Source: Nitrospirota bacterium
Lineage (GTDB): Bacteria; Nitrospirota; Thermodesulfovibrionia; Thermodesulfovibrionales; Dissulfurispiraceae
Assembly (NCBI GenBank): GCA_040758355.1
Contig: JBFLWF010000035.1
Coordinates: 1-19,196, forward strand
Reading direction: 5' to 3'
DNA: 19,196 bases
Shown: positions 8,037 through 17,600 of the stretch, in pieces
Layout of the letters: the number at the start of each line of letters is the position of its first letter
Numbering within the stretch: position 1 is the stretch's first letter
Notes under the pieces: generated by a model
The model's database searches: none
What the model saw: the letters and a program-made list of their open reading frames with translations, nothing else
What the model was told of the DNA's origin: nothing
Program-made: the position numbers and the translations under genes

Positions 8037-8813
8037 ATGACAATCATTAATATTCAAAAAATCGGGGAAAATATAATCAACGCCTTTAAATATCTGGAGG
8101 GGTATTATACGTTATTGTGTTATTCCGTAAGGAATATCCCGTTATTGCGCAGTGCCCCAATCCGTTCCGTCTTATACAAACAGCTATATTTCACGGGGAT
8201 AGAAGCATTGAGCAAAGTGGCTGCAATAGGGATACTTATAGGGATTGTCATCATCACGCAAATAGTGAATCTTGTGGGATCAAATGCCGTGCTTACAGGC
8301 AAGATACTCATCTGGACGGTAGTAAGAGAACTCGGGCCATTGCTTGCTGCCATAATAATCATAGCACGAAGCGGCACCGCCATCTCCTCAGAACTCGGCT
8401 CGATGAAGGTCAACAGCGAGACCGACAGCCTCAGGATTATGGGGATTAATCCCGTGGATTATCTCATTGTTCCGAGGGTTGCAGGAATTACGGTCTCTGT
8501 CTTCATCCTTGCGTTCTACTTTCAGGTGATGGCAATTGCAGGAGGGTTGGCATTCACATCGGTATTCCTCGACCTCTCTTTTTCACAACACCTCAAAGGC
8601 ATATTCTCGGCCCTGAAGCTCTTTGAGGTTTTAGTCTCCCTTCTTAAAAGCCTTGTGTTCGGATTGTTGATCTCCATAGTTTCATGCTATCAGGGCTTCA
8701 GCGTGGAGGCATCAATAACAGAAATTCCGCAGGCAGCTACGAGGGCGGTTATGCAGAGCCTGTTCTTAGTATTCATATTTGATGGTATAATTACAGTTAT
8801 ATCGTTTGTATGA
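8037..8813 (+). CDS. mlaE: MlaE family ABC transporter permease
   Basis: QLYFTGIEAL, VVRELGPLLAAIIIIARSGTAISSELGSMKVNSETDSLRIMGINPVDYLIVPRV, KSLVFG, IPQAATRAV: classic MlaE motifs. Confidence 0.93.
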   Translation: MTIINIQKIGENIINAFKYLEGYYTLLCYSVRNIPLLRSAPIRSVLYKQLYFTGIEALSKVAAIGILIGIVIITQIVNLVGSNAVLTGKILIWTVVRELGPLLAAIIIIARSGTAISSELGSMKVNSETDSLRIMGINPVDYLIVPRVAGITVSVFILAFYFQVMAIAGGLAFTSVFLDLSFSQHLKGIFSALKLFEVLVSLLKSLVFGLLISIVSCYQGFSVEASITEIPQAATRAVMQSLFLVFIFDGIITVISFV

Positions 8814-9451
8814 TACGGCTCGAAAATATTGCTACAGAGCATTTTCATGCGATCTCGTTTGAGATAAGGAGGGGCTCTGAATGCAAGGTTATCACACGTT
8901 CCGAATATGAAAACAGAAAGCTGCTCAATGTCATCGTGGGACTCGAAAGACCTGCATCGGGAAGGGTTTTTCTGCTCGACAAGGAAACATATGCGCTTTC
9001 CGAAAAAGATTCTTTCAGGCTTTTCAGCAGGATTGGGGTGGTTTTGAAAGACGGGGGATTGATCAGCAACCTAAAGGTATGGGAGAACATAGTGCTTCCT
9101 GTATCGTACCATACAGGAGAAAAGCCGGAGGATGTGGAAGCAAAGGTAAAACAGAGATTCAACGAGGCAGGTATAGATATCCCCTATCTTAAAGAGTTAA
9201 TAGGAAGACTGCCCGGGCCCCTGCCTGTTCATGAGAAAAGGCTGATAGGACTCATAAGGGCAATGCTCATGGAGCCTGAACTGATGATATACGACTCTTT
9301 ATTTGAAGGGCTGAGCCCCGATATGTCGGATAGATTAATGAAAATGACCATGAATTTCCACACAGAAAAACAGGGCAGAACATCTGTGTATATCACCTTT
9401 GACGAACAATCCATCAAGGATGTAAGGGCAGATATTATCTTAAGGATATAA
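8810..9451 (+). CDS. MlaF-like ABC ATPase homologue with degenerate catalytic motifs
   Basis: ABC scaffold is clear (GLERPASGRV, LISNLKVWENIVLP, RAMLMEPELMIYD) but Walker A, Q-loop, signature, catalytic Glu and H-loop are all replaced. ATGA overlap with mlaE. Confidence 0.85.
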   Translation: MIRLENIATEHFHAISFEIRRGSECKVITRSEYENRKLLNVIVGLERPASGRVFLLDKETYALSEKDSFRLFSRIGVVLKDGGLISNLKVWENIVLPVSYHTGEKPEDVEAKVKQRFNEAGIDIPYLKELIGRLPGPLPVHEKRLIGLIRAMLMEPELMIYDSLFEGLSPDMSDRLMKMTMNFHTEKQGRTSVYITFDEQSIKDVRADIILRI

Positions 9452-9460
9452 GGATATGCT

Positions 9461-10417
9461 ATGGGATTAATGAAAGAAACGGATGAAAGGTTTATCGGCA
9501 TAGAAAAGAAGATAGGGCTGTTCGTCATTATCGCAATCGCAGGTATTGTCACTGCAATGGCTTTTATCGGGATACAGCACGGCGTGTTCACGCCCAGGAC
9601 AAAGATATATTTCATAGCCGACAGCGGACAGGGTATAAATGAAGGAACCGCAGTAAAACTCAGCGGATTTAAAATAGGAAAGGTTGCGAGATTATCCCTG
9701 GACGATGTGGCAAGGGTAAAGGTGGAGCTATCCATAAATACCAAATACATGAAATGGATAAGGACAGACTCAAAGGCAAGGCTCTTCAAAGAAGGGTTTA
9801 TCGGCGACAGTGTTATCGAGATAACGCCGGGTTCGGCAAAGGCGAAACAGGTTACTGAAAATGGAATAATAGAATTTGAAAGGGCAAAGGGGCTCGGCGA
9901 AATAGCAGAGGAGTTAAAAGAGGAAATAAAGCCTGTTCTAAGCGATGTAAAAGAGATAATCCATTACATCAACGATCCGCAAGGCGATGTTAAACAGACA
10001 TTAAAAAACCTCCGCAAAATTTCGGAAGACCTACCCGAGACACAGCAGAATCTGAATGCCCTGCTCAAGGATGCCGACAAAGGAGTGAATGCGACAACAA
10101 AGAAAATAGATTCCGTACTCGATTCAACAAAACAGACCATGAACACTGTTGACGGCCTCATAAAGAAGGTTGACAAGGACATCCCGAATATCCTTGAAAA
10201 GACAAACAAGAGTCTCGAAAATATCCAGAAGACAACCGAAGAGATAAAAAAGGCGACAGAGCAGACAGCACCTAAAATCCCGTCCATGCTCAAAAAAGGC
10301 GAAGACGCAGCAGAAGGAGCAAAAGAGATTACCGATTCCGTAAAAAAGATATGGCCAATAAGGCTATTCATAAAAGAGCCTGAAGAAAAGGCATTAAATA
10401 CCGACAGCTATGAATAA
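9461..10417 (+). CDS. MlaD/MCE family protein with long helical C-terminal region
   Basis: N-terminal TM (IGLFVIIAIAG); MCE domain GINEGTAVKLSGFKIGKV...IRTDSKARL...GFIGDSVIEITPGS; about 160 aa coiled-coil-like tail ending WPIR. Confidence 0.92.
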   Translation: MGLMKETDERFIGIEKKIGLFVIIAIAGIVTAMAFIGIQHGVFTPRTKIYFIADSGQGINEGTAVKLSGFKIGKVARLSLDDVARVKVELSINTKYMKWIRTDSKARLFKEGFIGDSVIEITPGSAKAKQVTENGIIEFERAKGLGEIAEELKEEIKPVLSDVKEIIHYINDPQGDVKQTLKNLRKISEDLPETQQNLNALLKDADKGVNATTKKIDSVLDSTKQTMNTVDGLIKKVDKDIPNILEKTNKSLENIQKTTEEIKKATEQTAPKIPSMLKKGEDAAEGAKEITDSVKKIWPIRLFIKEPEEKALNTDSYE

Positions 10418-11366
10418 GACAGGCAAAAGGCAATGGGCTATAGGCAATAGGCTGAAGGATTTTATTCCTAATTTCTTCGGCCTTAAGCCTAAAATCGCCT
10501 ATCGCCTTTTGCCTATTGCCTTTTGCCTGTTTTTAATTGGTTGCGGGGCAAAACATCCAACATTATCGGATGCCCATCTTTCAGCAGTCAAGCTCAACCA
10601 GAGGGCAGAATCTTCATTTAAAAACAGCGATTATGAAAATGCGCTCAGGCTTTACAATGAGGCGATCAAAATCAACCGCTCCATCGAAAACATTGATGGC
10701 ATTGCGATAAATATAATTAATATAGCTGCCACTTATCGCAAGCTCGGTGATAAAGACAATGCACACAAACAGATAAACGAAATACTAAACGCATCGCCAA
10801 TTGCCTATAACCCGATACATCTGTCCGAGGCAGCATTTTTAAAGGCAATGCTTTATTTTGACGAAAAGAATTATGATAAAACATTGGAATGGACGGACAA
10901 ATCATTAACCTTCTGCCAAAGCTCGCAATGCAGCGACATAGGCAAAGTTTATAATCTCAAAGGAAGGGCTTATCTTGAAAAAGGCGATGTCGCTTCAGCT
11001 ATTTCCTATGGGAATAAAGGACTTGAGTCAAACAAGGAAGATGGGCATAAAACTGAAAGGGCGAATTCCCTGAGATTGATTGCAAACGCAAAGTTAATGA
11101 AAGGTGAATACGAAGATGCACGAAAATTTTACGAAGACGCCCTTTCCATAGACAAGAAATTGGAAGCAGGCAGAAAGATAGCGATGGATCTGATGGGCAT
11201 AGGCAATACATTCTTTAAGCAGAAAATGTGCGGGGATGCGGTTAAGTATTATCAGAGGGCGCTGTCCGTCATCGAGGGCTTAGGAGACGTGCAGGGCGCT
11301 AAGGAAGCCGTTGAGATGATAAATAAATGCTCTCAGACCTCAAGCAAAAATCCGGACAAAAAATAA
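10410..11366 (+). CDS. TPR lipoprotein
   Basis: Lipobox LIGC after an elongated N-region; about six TPR-like repeats (DYENALRLYNEAIKI, GEYEDARKFYEDALSI, AVKYYQRAL); overlaps the MCE stop codon. Confidence 0.85.
   Translation: MNKTGKRQWAIGNRLKDFIPNFFGLKPKIAYRLLPIAFCLFLIGCGAKHPTLSDAHLSAVKLNQRAESSFKNSDYENALRLYNEAIKINRSIENIDGIAINIINIAATYRKLGDKDNAHKQINEILNASPIAYNPIHLSEAAFLKAMLYFDEKNYDKTLEWTDKSLTFCQSSQCSDIGKVYNLKGRAYLEKGDVASAISYGNKGLESNKEDGHKTERANSLRLIANAKLMKGEYEDARKFYEDALSIDKKLEAGRKIAMDLMGIGNTFFKQKMCGDAVKYYQRALSVIEGLGDVQGAKEAVEMINKCSQTSSKNPDKK
10419..10530. repeat. 34-bp imperfect inverted repeat built from GGCAATA-type heptamers, 44-nt loop
   Basis: Left arm 10419-10452 ACAGGCAAAAGGCAATGGGCTATAGGCAATAGGC; reverse complement of right arm 10497-10530 ACAGGCAAAAGGCAATAGGCAAAAGGCGATAGGC; 30/34 match. 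Confidence 0.9.
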
Positions 11367-12544
11367 CGGAGACTTCTTTAATACTCTTAGAGTCTTTAAA
11401 ATCCTTCCGGAGGAATAACAATCTCAGCGCATCGGCATCTCTCGCTTATTACGGACTGTTCGCCTTAGTCCCGCTTTTCCTGCTCGTAATATTTCTGCTC
11501 GGCACTTATATCATATCGTCAGACGCAGCGATCAGAGGCGTAGAGACATTATCATCCCGCCTTCTGCCCGAATTCCATAATACATTAATGAATGAAATCT
11601 ATTATCTTGCCGTCAATAAAAACCTCTGGGGATTTATAGGCATTGCAGGTCTTTTCTGGACTGTTATGCCGCTCGCGGGAGCTATAAGAAGCGCGTTCGC
11701 AAAAATATTCATAACAGAAGAAGGACCGGCATTTCTCAAGGCGAAGTTTCTTAACGCTCTGGCGGTCGCGGCCTTGCTGTTGACCTTTATTTTCCTTGTG
11801 ACAGGCGAAATAGTTTATTCCCAGGTCGTTTCCATGCATTTGAAAAAATTACCGGCGCTGTTTCGCATAACCGATATTGCCGTTCCAATGCTGATAACAG
11901 CATTCTTTATGTCGGTTTTCTATTTTATCTTCTCGCCCGTAAAGCTGCGGCTGCCGCATCTCATCGCAGGAGCAACAGCGAGCGCGGCTCTATGGGCAAT
12001 CGTAAGTCCGGCGTTTACCTTCTTTATGACATTCAATCCGCAGTTCGGCATTGCGTTCGGCTCATTAAAAGCCGTATTCATAATTCTTATCTGGGTCTAT
12101 TATTCCTTTGCGGTCATACTTTTCGGAGCTGAGGTCATATCCAACTCAAAAAGGAAAGACATCCTGCTGCTTAAGGGCATGTTTTTAGGAAAGGCTCGCA
12201 AAAGACTTATAACACGGTTTATGAATACTTACGGCTCGGGCGAAACAGTCTTCAAAGAAGGCGGGAAGGGTAATGACATGTTTTATGTGCTCTCCGGCTC
12301 TGTAGCCATAAGCAGGCACGGGCAAATATTAAGAATGATAAAACAGGGAGAATACTTCGGAGAAATGTCCATGCTTCTGAATGCTCCGAGGACTGCCGAT
12401 GCGGTTGCGGCAGAGAACGGCACCCAACTCATATCTATCTCAAAAAACAATTTCGAAAATATTCTCAGGGAAGAGCCTAAAATCGTAATTTCAATACTAA
12501 AAGAAATGGCCTTGAGGCTTAAGACCACAAACGAGTATCTGTGA
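11327..12544 (+). CDS. YihY/BrkB family inner membrane protein fused to a C-terminal cyclic-nucleotide-binding domain
   Basis: SASLAYYGLFALVPLFL, multiple TM segments and FGSLKAVFIILIWVYYSFAVILFGAEV (YihY). Then GETVFKEGGKGNDMFYVLSGSV...GEYFGEMSMLLNAPRTADAVA (cNMP). Start is uncertain (40-nt overlap with the TPR gene). Confidence 0.9.
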   Translation: MLSDLKQKSGQKITETSLILLESLKSFRRNNNLSASASLAYYGLFALVPLFLLVIFLLGTYIISSDAAIRGVETLSSRLLPEFHNTLMNEIYYLAVNKNLWGFIGIAGLFWTVMPLAGAIRSAFAKIFITEEGPAFLKAKFLNALAVAALLLTFIFLVTGEIVYSQVVSMHLKKLPALFRITDIAVPMLITAFFMSVFYFIFSPVKLRLPHLIAGATASAALWAIVSPAFTFFMTFNPQFGIAFGSLKAVFIILIWVYYSFAVILFGAEVISNSKRKDILLLKGMFLGKARKRLITRFMNTYGSGETVFKEGGKGNDMFYVLSGSVAISRHGQILRMIKQGEYFGEMSMLLNAPRTADAVAAENGTQLISISKNNFENILREEPKIVISILKEMALRLKTTNEYL

Positions 12545-12546
12545 TG

Positions 12547-13101
12547 TTAGCCGAAACGCCTTCTGAGAACTTCTATAAAATACCTGTCAGCTTTTTGAGA
12601 AAACAGTTCAAGAAGTGAATATCCTCGCTTCCATGAAACGAAAATTGACAGGCAGATCGCGATTGCGGTAATAACAATATTCTGCCAGGCGTTCAATTCC
12701 CACTGCCCGCTCCATGTAAACTCAACATCCGAAAACGGCCAGAAATAAGGTATAGACCAGAAAGAGCCTTCCGGCCCGGCGGAACCAACTATATCACCAA
12801 GAAGATGGAGATGAAAGCTCGCAAATGAGAGCGACGCGGCGAGCGCACGCTTCTTCGCGAGCAAAAAGGCGGCGATAGTTACGATAAGGGCAAACGCAAG
12901 ATTATGCGTCAGCACATGATGGAACTGCTGATACCACTTAAATGGCTCATTAGCGTTTTGCATGAAAATATCCGCTACAATGCCGAGGCCGTCTATGTCA
13001 GGAATAACACCGGAAGCAGTTACGATGATCCTGTCGCGCCTTTCAAGTTTTGCGCCGTCAGCCACAAGCCAGCTTATGAAAAAATGCGTAACCGGGCTCA
13101 T
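12547..13101 (-). CDS. Membrane-bound metal-dependent hydrolase (YdjM-like)
   Basis: Motifs MSPVTH, IPDID, HHVLTH, HLLGD and P.FWPFS with hydrophobic segments. Confidence 0.85.
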   Translation of the reverse strand: MSPVTHFFISWLVADGAKLERRDRIIVTASGVIPDIDGLGIVADIFMQNANEPFKWYQQFHHVLTHNLAFALIVTIAAFLLAKKRALAASLSFASFHLHLLGDIVGSAGPEGSFWSIPYFWPFSDVEFTWSGQWELNAWQNIVITAIAICLSIFVSWKRGYSLLELFSQKADRYFIEVLRRRFG

Positions 13102-13189
13102 TTTATTTTTGCTTCAATAAAACGCAAATGCCAGAAATGATTATGACGATCCATATTCTCATGATTAATTTTATCTTACCTCACTACTA

Positions 13190-13840
13190 CTATTTTTTAA
13201 ATTGTTTATTCAGCCAGTTAAACGGTATATCCACATTAAAAAATAATATCGCAGGCTCGCCTGTCTTTCTGTGTTTAACTTCCATCTTATCATAACTGTG
13301 CCCGTTGGATTTTATAAGGCTCTGGCGCACGACCTCGAAGCCTATCATTCCGAGAAGCGTATACTCCTCGCCTGTCTCAATAACTATAAAGGCAGTCTCA
13401 GGGGTCTTGCCGTCTCCGGAATCAAGGATCGAATCAACAAGCCCACTCGTAACAAAGTGATGGAAATTGTATCGCTCGACATTCTTCATCTCGCTGAAAG
13501 CTATGCTGGAGACAAAATGGGCTTCGATATCAACAAACTTCTTTTCGAGTATTACTTGTGCATCGGCAATAGCCTTATCGTAATCCTTATTTCTCAGCGC
13601 TTCAAACATCTCGGATTTTTTCGCCTTATCGTCGCTGTAAGGATTATAAGCGGCTGTTTCGGCATACGAAAGCCTTAACGCCCTGAAATCAACAGTGCGG
13701 TCGAAATTCATTACCCGTTTAAGCAGGGTCTGATAGTCAGAAGTTTTTTTAGGCTGATCTTCTTCGGCAAAAATATTTCCGCTGAAAAAACTTGAGACAA
13801 CTATGGAGAGTAAAATTGCCAAAAGCAGCCTGAATATCAT
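13190..13840 (-). CDS. Exported DUF4919-like protein
   Basis: Signal peptide, a TPR-like segment, and ILDSGDGKTPETAFIVIETGEEY...YDKM...LFFNVD, recalled as the DUF4919 pattern. Confidence 0.7.
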   Translation of the reverse strand: MIFRLLLAILLSIVVSSFFSGNIFAEEDQPKKTSDYQTLLKRVMNFDRTVDFRALRLSYAETAAYNPYSDDKAKKSEMFEALRNKDYDKAIADAQVILEKKFVDIEAHFVSSIAFSEMKNVERYNFHHFVTSGLVDSILDSGDGKTPETAFIVIETGEEYTLLGMIGFEVVRQSLIKSNGHSYDKMEVKHRKTGEPAILFFNVDIPFNWLNKQFKK

Positions 13841-14121
13841 TTTGCGTCTCCGGTTATTGTTTTAGACCTGTAAGCCTTGAGATGTTCGCTGGTTTTGAAA
13901 TATTGCGATACTGTAAGGGCGATGCTGATTATCAATAAGAAAAAGGCAATATAGCGGGTCCATCTTTTCCCTTTCAACCCTGCTATAAGCAGGAGAACTC
14001 CTGCCGTAGCAAAGCAGATAAATCCAACCGCAGGGTTCATAGCCATCCCGCCTATCAATACAAGAAAGATAGATAGCCCGATGAGAACTTTTGGGTCTGA
14101 GATATTTGGAGACTTGTCCAT
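13837..14121 (-). CDS. Small membrane protein (about 3 TM, 94 aa)
   Basis: ATG 14121 overlaps the upstream TGA (TGATG) and its own stop overlaps the next ATG (ATGA); three hydrophobic stretches. Confidence 0.7.
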   Translation of the reverse strand: MDKSPNISDPKVLIGLSIFLVLIGGMAMNPAVGFICFATAGVLLLIAGLKGKRWTRYIAFFLLIISIALTVSQYFKTSEHLKAYRSKTITGDAK

Positions 14122-14651
14122 CAAAATATCTTTCCGATGCCGCTGGAGGTAATCGTCCACTTCCCGCCGGTTTTATCAAGTGAAACATAATGCCCTACTC
14201 CCATTTCAGGGCCTGCCACATGCTGCACATAAACCAGCGCCTTTGTCTTCTCTTTATTAAATCCCACCCTCGATACAGATGTCCTTCCCATATCAAAGGG
14301 ACCAAAACTTTTGTCTCTTTGACCCCTTACCTCTATGTTTAGATTCCTGTGGTCAGACGGCGATTTATATTTCGGGAATTTATCTTCAAGCGGATATTCC
14401 CTTTCATTCTTTCTGTTAAAGTCATCGACCATAAAAGCATCTGCATCTTTCCATCCGTCTTTGCGTATCTTTTCCTTTAGGGTCTCCTTCTCAAGAACAA
14501 TATAGCCGAAAGGGATGCCGTCAAGCTTTCCTGAGGCAAAAATCGCCGCATACACTTCATATTCTTCGGGCTCGATATCTGCCGCATAAGCCGCAACCGA
14601 TATACACAGGGCGATAAATACCGCGATAAATATATTTTTCATTGTTTTCAT
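14121..14651 (-). CDS. Exported hypothetical protein
   Basis: Signal peptide ending AYA-A; AAGGA 8 nt upstream of ATG 14651; C-terminal beta-rich SRVGFNKEKTKALVYV...W motif. Confidence 0.7.
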   Translation of the reverse strand: MKTMKNIFIAVFIALCISVAAYAADIEPEEYEVYAAIFASGKLDGIPFGYIVLEKETLKEKIRKDGWKDADAFMVDDFNRKNEREYPLEDKFPKYKSPSDHRNLNIEVRGQRDKSFGPFDMGRTSVSRVGFNKEKTKALVYVQHVAGPEMGVGHYVSLDKTGGKWTITSSGIGKIF

Positions 14652-14653
14652 TT

Positions 14654-17600
14654 TCAATATCCTTCTCCATGCAGTATAAACGGCGCCCAGTAAAACGGAT
14701 TCGGATATTTTGCCTTGATTGCGTTCCTCGCAAGCCTAAGCGCCTCTGCCCTGCTTCTGCCCTCTTTGAGGTAACGATAAAAGGCTGTCATATATTCCAC
14801 CGTCTCTTTCGAAGGCACTTCCCACAGGCTCACAACCACACTCCTTGCGCCTGCGTGCTGGAAGGCGCGTGCGAAGTTTGCTACGCCTTCTCCTTCCACC
14901 AATTTACCTTTGCCTGTTACACATGCGGAAAGCACAGCCATGTCAGCATCGAGCTTCATATCAAGAACTTCGCTCATGGTTAAGAAGCCATCATCTTTGT
15001 TTTCATTTTCAACCTGTCCAAGAAGCAGGAATGGCTCGTTTATTCCCTGAACCTTTCCGGGAAGGTCTGCATGTGTTGCAAAGTGAAGATACCTGTAATC
15101 CTTTAGCTGAACCTTTTTAAGGCCTGTCTCATTTGCAGATATATTCAGGAGAATATCAGGTGATTCGGGTTTTGTATTAAAGAGTTTGGCTATTTCTTTT
15201 ACTTCTATTTCAGTCTCAGGTAATGGTGCATATACTATCTCTTCCCATTTTATATCGCTTTTGCCGTCTGTGATTTTTATTTCTTTAGGTTTTATGGTAA
15301 TACCTCTGTATGCATAGCTGTCTGTATTCTGAGCGAGAAGGATTGGCTGCTGTCCTTTTTTGTATGCAATGTATCTTGGGTCTTCTTTGCCATAAACAGG
15401 ATTGCCTAAAGCAAATAAAGGCTTCTTTGCCTGTGAAGGTTTTAACATACGATTGAGAGCAAGGGCAGTTGCGGACTGAGTATATGTTATCGTCCACTTG
15501 TCTCCAACAAAAAGGCTGTCCTTAAAGTCTTTTCCCGCATTTATTACTAATGCTTCAAAGGGCAGTAAGCCGAGTATCCCATCGGGAACAATTATTATTT
15601 TTTCTGTTTCTTTTATGTCTTTTAATGCGTCTGCAAGTAGGGTATTGTAAAGCTCTTTTGATGCTTTAACTGAGAATTGAGAATGTTTTCCTGTGTTTAA
15701 AGGCTCCATAAATGCCTTTATCTTTTCTTCGAGAGCCTCTTTGCCAAGCGGTATCTTTACAAGATTTCTTACCCCTCTCTTTCTTACAACAAAAACATAG
15801 CTTGCGTCATCGGTGATAGCGTATTCAATGAGCACATCATTTTCTTTAAGAGGCAGTTCTTCTGCCGGAATGGGCTTGGGATAATGAAGGGCTGCATAAA
15901 GCGGATATTCTTTTCTCATTAAAACAATGAGGGAATCAAGTTCTTTTTTGAGATTTTCTTTTCTCTGAACTAATTCCTTAAACGCTTCTTCGCCTTTTTT
16001 ATAGGCGTCTTCCCATTGATTCTCTATCGCAGAAAGCTGGGTTAAAAGGCCGTTCTCTTTTTTTGCTATATCAGCGGACAGTTCTGTATTGGTAGATTTC
16101 TTTGCAGATTTTGCCATTGCCTCAAGAAGTGTCCTTGCCTTTGTAGATTCGGAGAAGTAAAAAACAGCGGATGCTAAATCCTTGCCGTAAGAGGCAAATT
16201 CATCATCAGTCTTTTCTCCATTAATAACCCTTTCTGCAAGGGTAGATACAAGACCTATATATGCGCGAATGCGACCACCATAGCTGCCTCCACCAAAGAA
16301 TCCAGACTTTTCTCCCTTTACTCTCTGTCTCATTTCTTCAGAAAGTGTAACTGCCTTTAGAAACTCCTCCGAGGCATTTTTGACATTTCCTGTGCCTTTA
16401 AGGGCAACACCTTTTTGAGTGTAATATTGGGTTCTATAAGGGGTAGCGTCCTGCAAATTTGGCGGCATTTCATTTCGCAATGCTTTTAATGCATCATTAT
16501 ACTTTCCTGTAGCTATATAGACATCAACAATCAAGGGCGTTCCAATCCGTGTCGTACTGTCTATTTTCATGTATTCTTTTTCAGTAGTTCTATAGAGTTC
16601 TTCTGCTTTTTTATAATCTTTGAGCGATAAGTAAATAGCTCCGATGTCTAAATAAGAGGACAGAATACCCTTAGGAATGTTCAGCTCTTTATATATCTTT
16701 AATGCTTCCTCACGATATTTCAACGCTTCATTATATTTGCCAACAGAATGATATATGCTGCCAACATTGCTCAGAGCATGGGCGATACTGTGTTTAGCGT
16801 TAGATTCCCTTCTGAATTTTAGAGATTCTTCGTAATATTGCAGCGCCTTGTCATATTGCCCGATGGAAGAATAAATACTGCCGAATAAACTATAGCTTAA
16901 ATGTATATGCTTTTCGACATTTATTCCTTTAAATAAATTAAACGCTTTTTCACAAAATTTCATGGCATTATCATATTGTCCTATCTCATAATAAACTCCG
17001 GCAATATTGTGCAGGGTTAAAGCTATTCCTTCTTTATTATTAAGCCGTTCGTCTATCTTCAATACTAATTCAAACTCTCTCAGCGCATCAGCATAATGCC
17101 CTCTGGATATTGCAATATGAGCCATATTATTAAAAGTTGTAGCTATCGACTTTAGATCTTTAACTTCGTTTTGTTTATTAATCTTATCTACTAACTGTAG
17201 CGCCTCCATATGACATTTCATTGCCTTGTCTACATAACCAAGAATGTTATAAATATGCCCAATCTTATTAAGATCAGTAACGATTCTCTTTTTAATACCA
17301 AGATTTCTATTTATCTTTAAAGCATCTTCGTGATATTGAAGAGCCTTATCATAATTGCTGAGTGCAAAATAAATAGCGCCGATATTATCAAGGCTTATTG
17401 TTATATCGGCAGGTATATTTAAAGCTTTCCTCATCTCCAATGAATCTTCAAAATATTTAAGGGCTTTTTTGTAGTCTGACATGCTTTTGTAAACACCGCC
17501 GATATTATTTAAGCTCGTAGCTATATGCTGTGGGATATTAAGCTTTTTATATATTTCTAACGCCTCATTGTGATAGCTAAGTGCGTCTTCATATTTTTTA

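Noticed and set aside
4969..10530. Heptamer arrays as CRISPR or CRISPR-linked repeats (given the CHAT protease)
   Set aside because: No repeat-spacer structure and no cas genes in the window.
12540..12550. Terminator between the convergent YihY and hydrolase genes
   Set aside because: Only a 2-nt gap and no convincing hairpin with U-tract.
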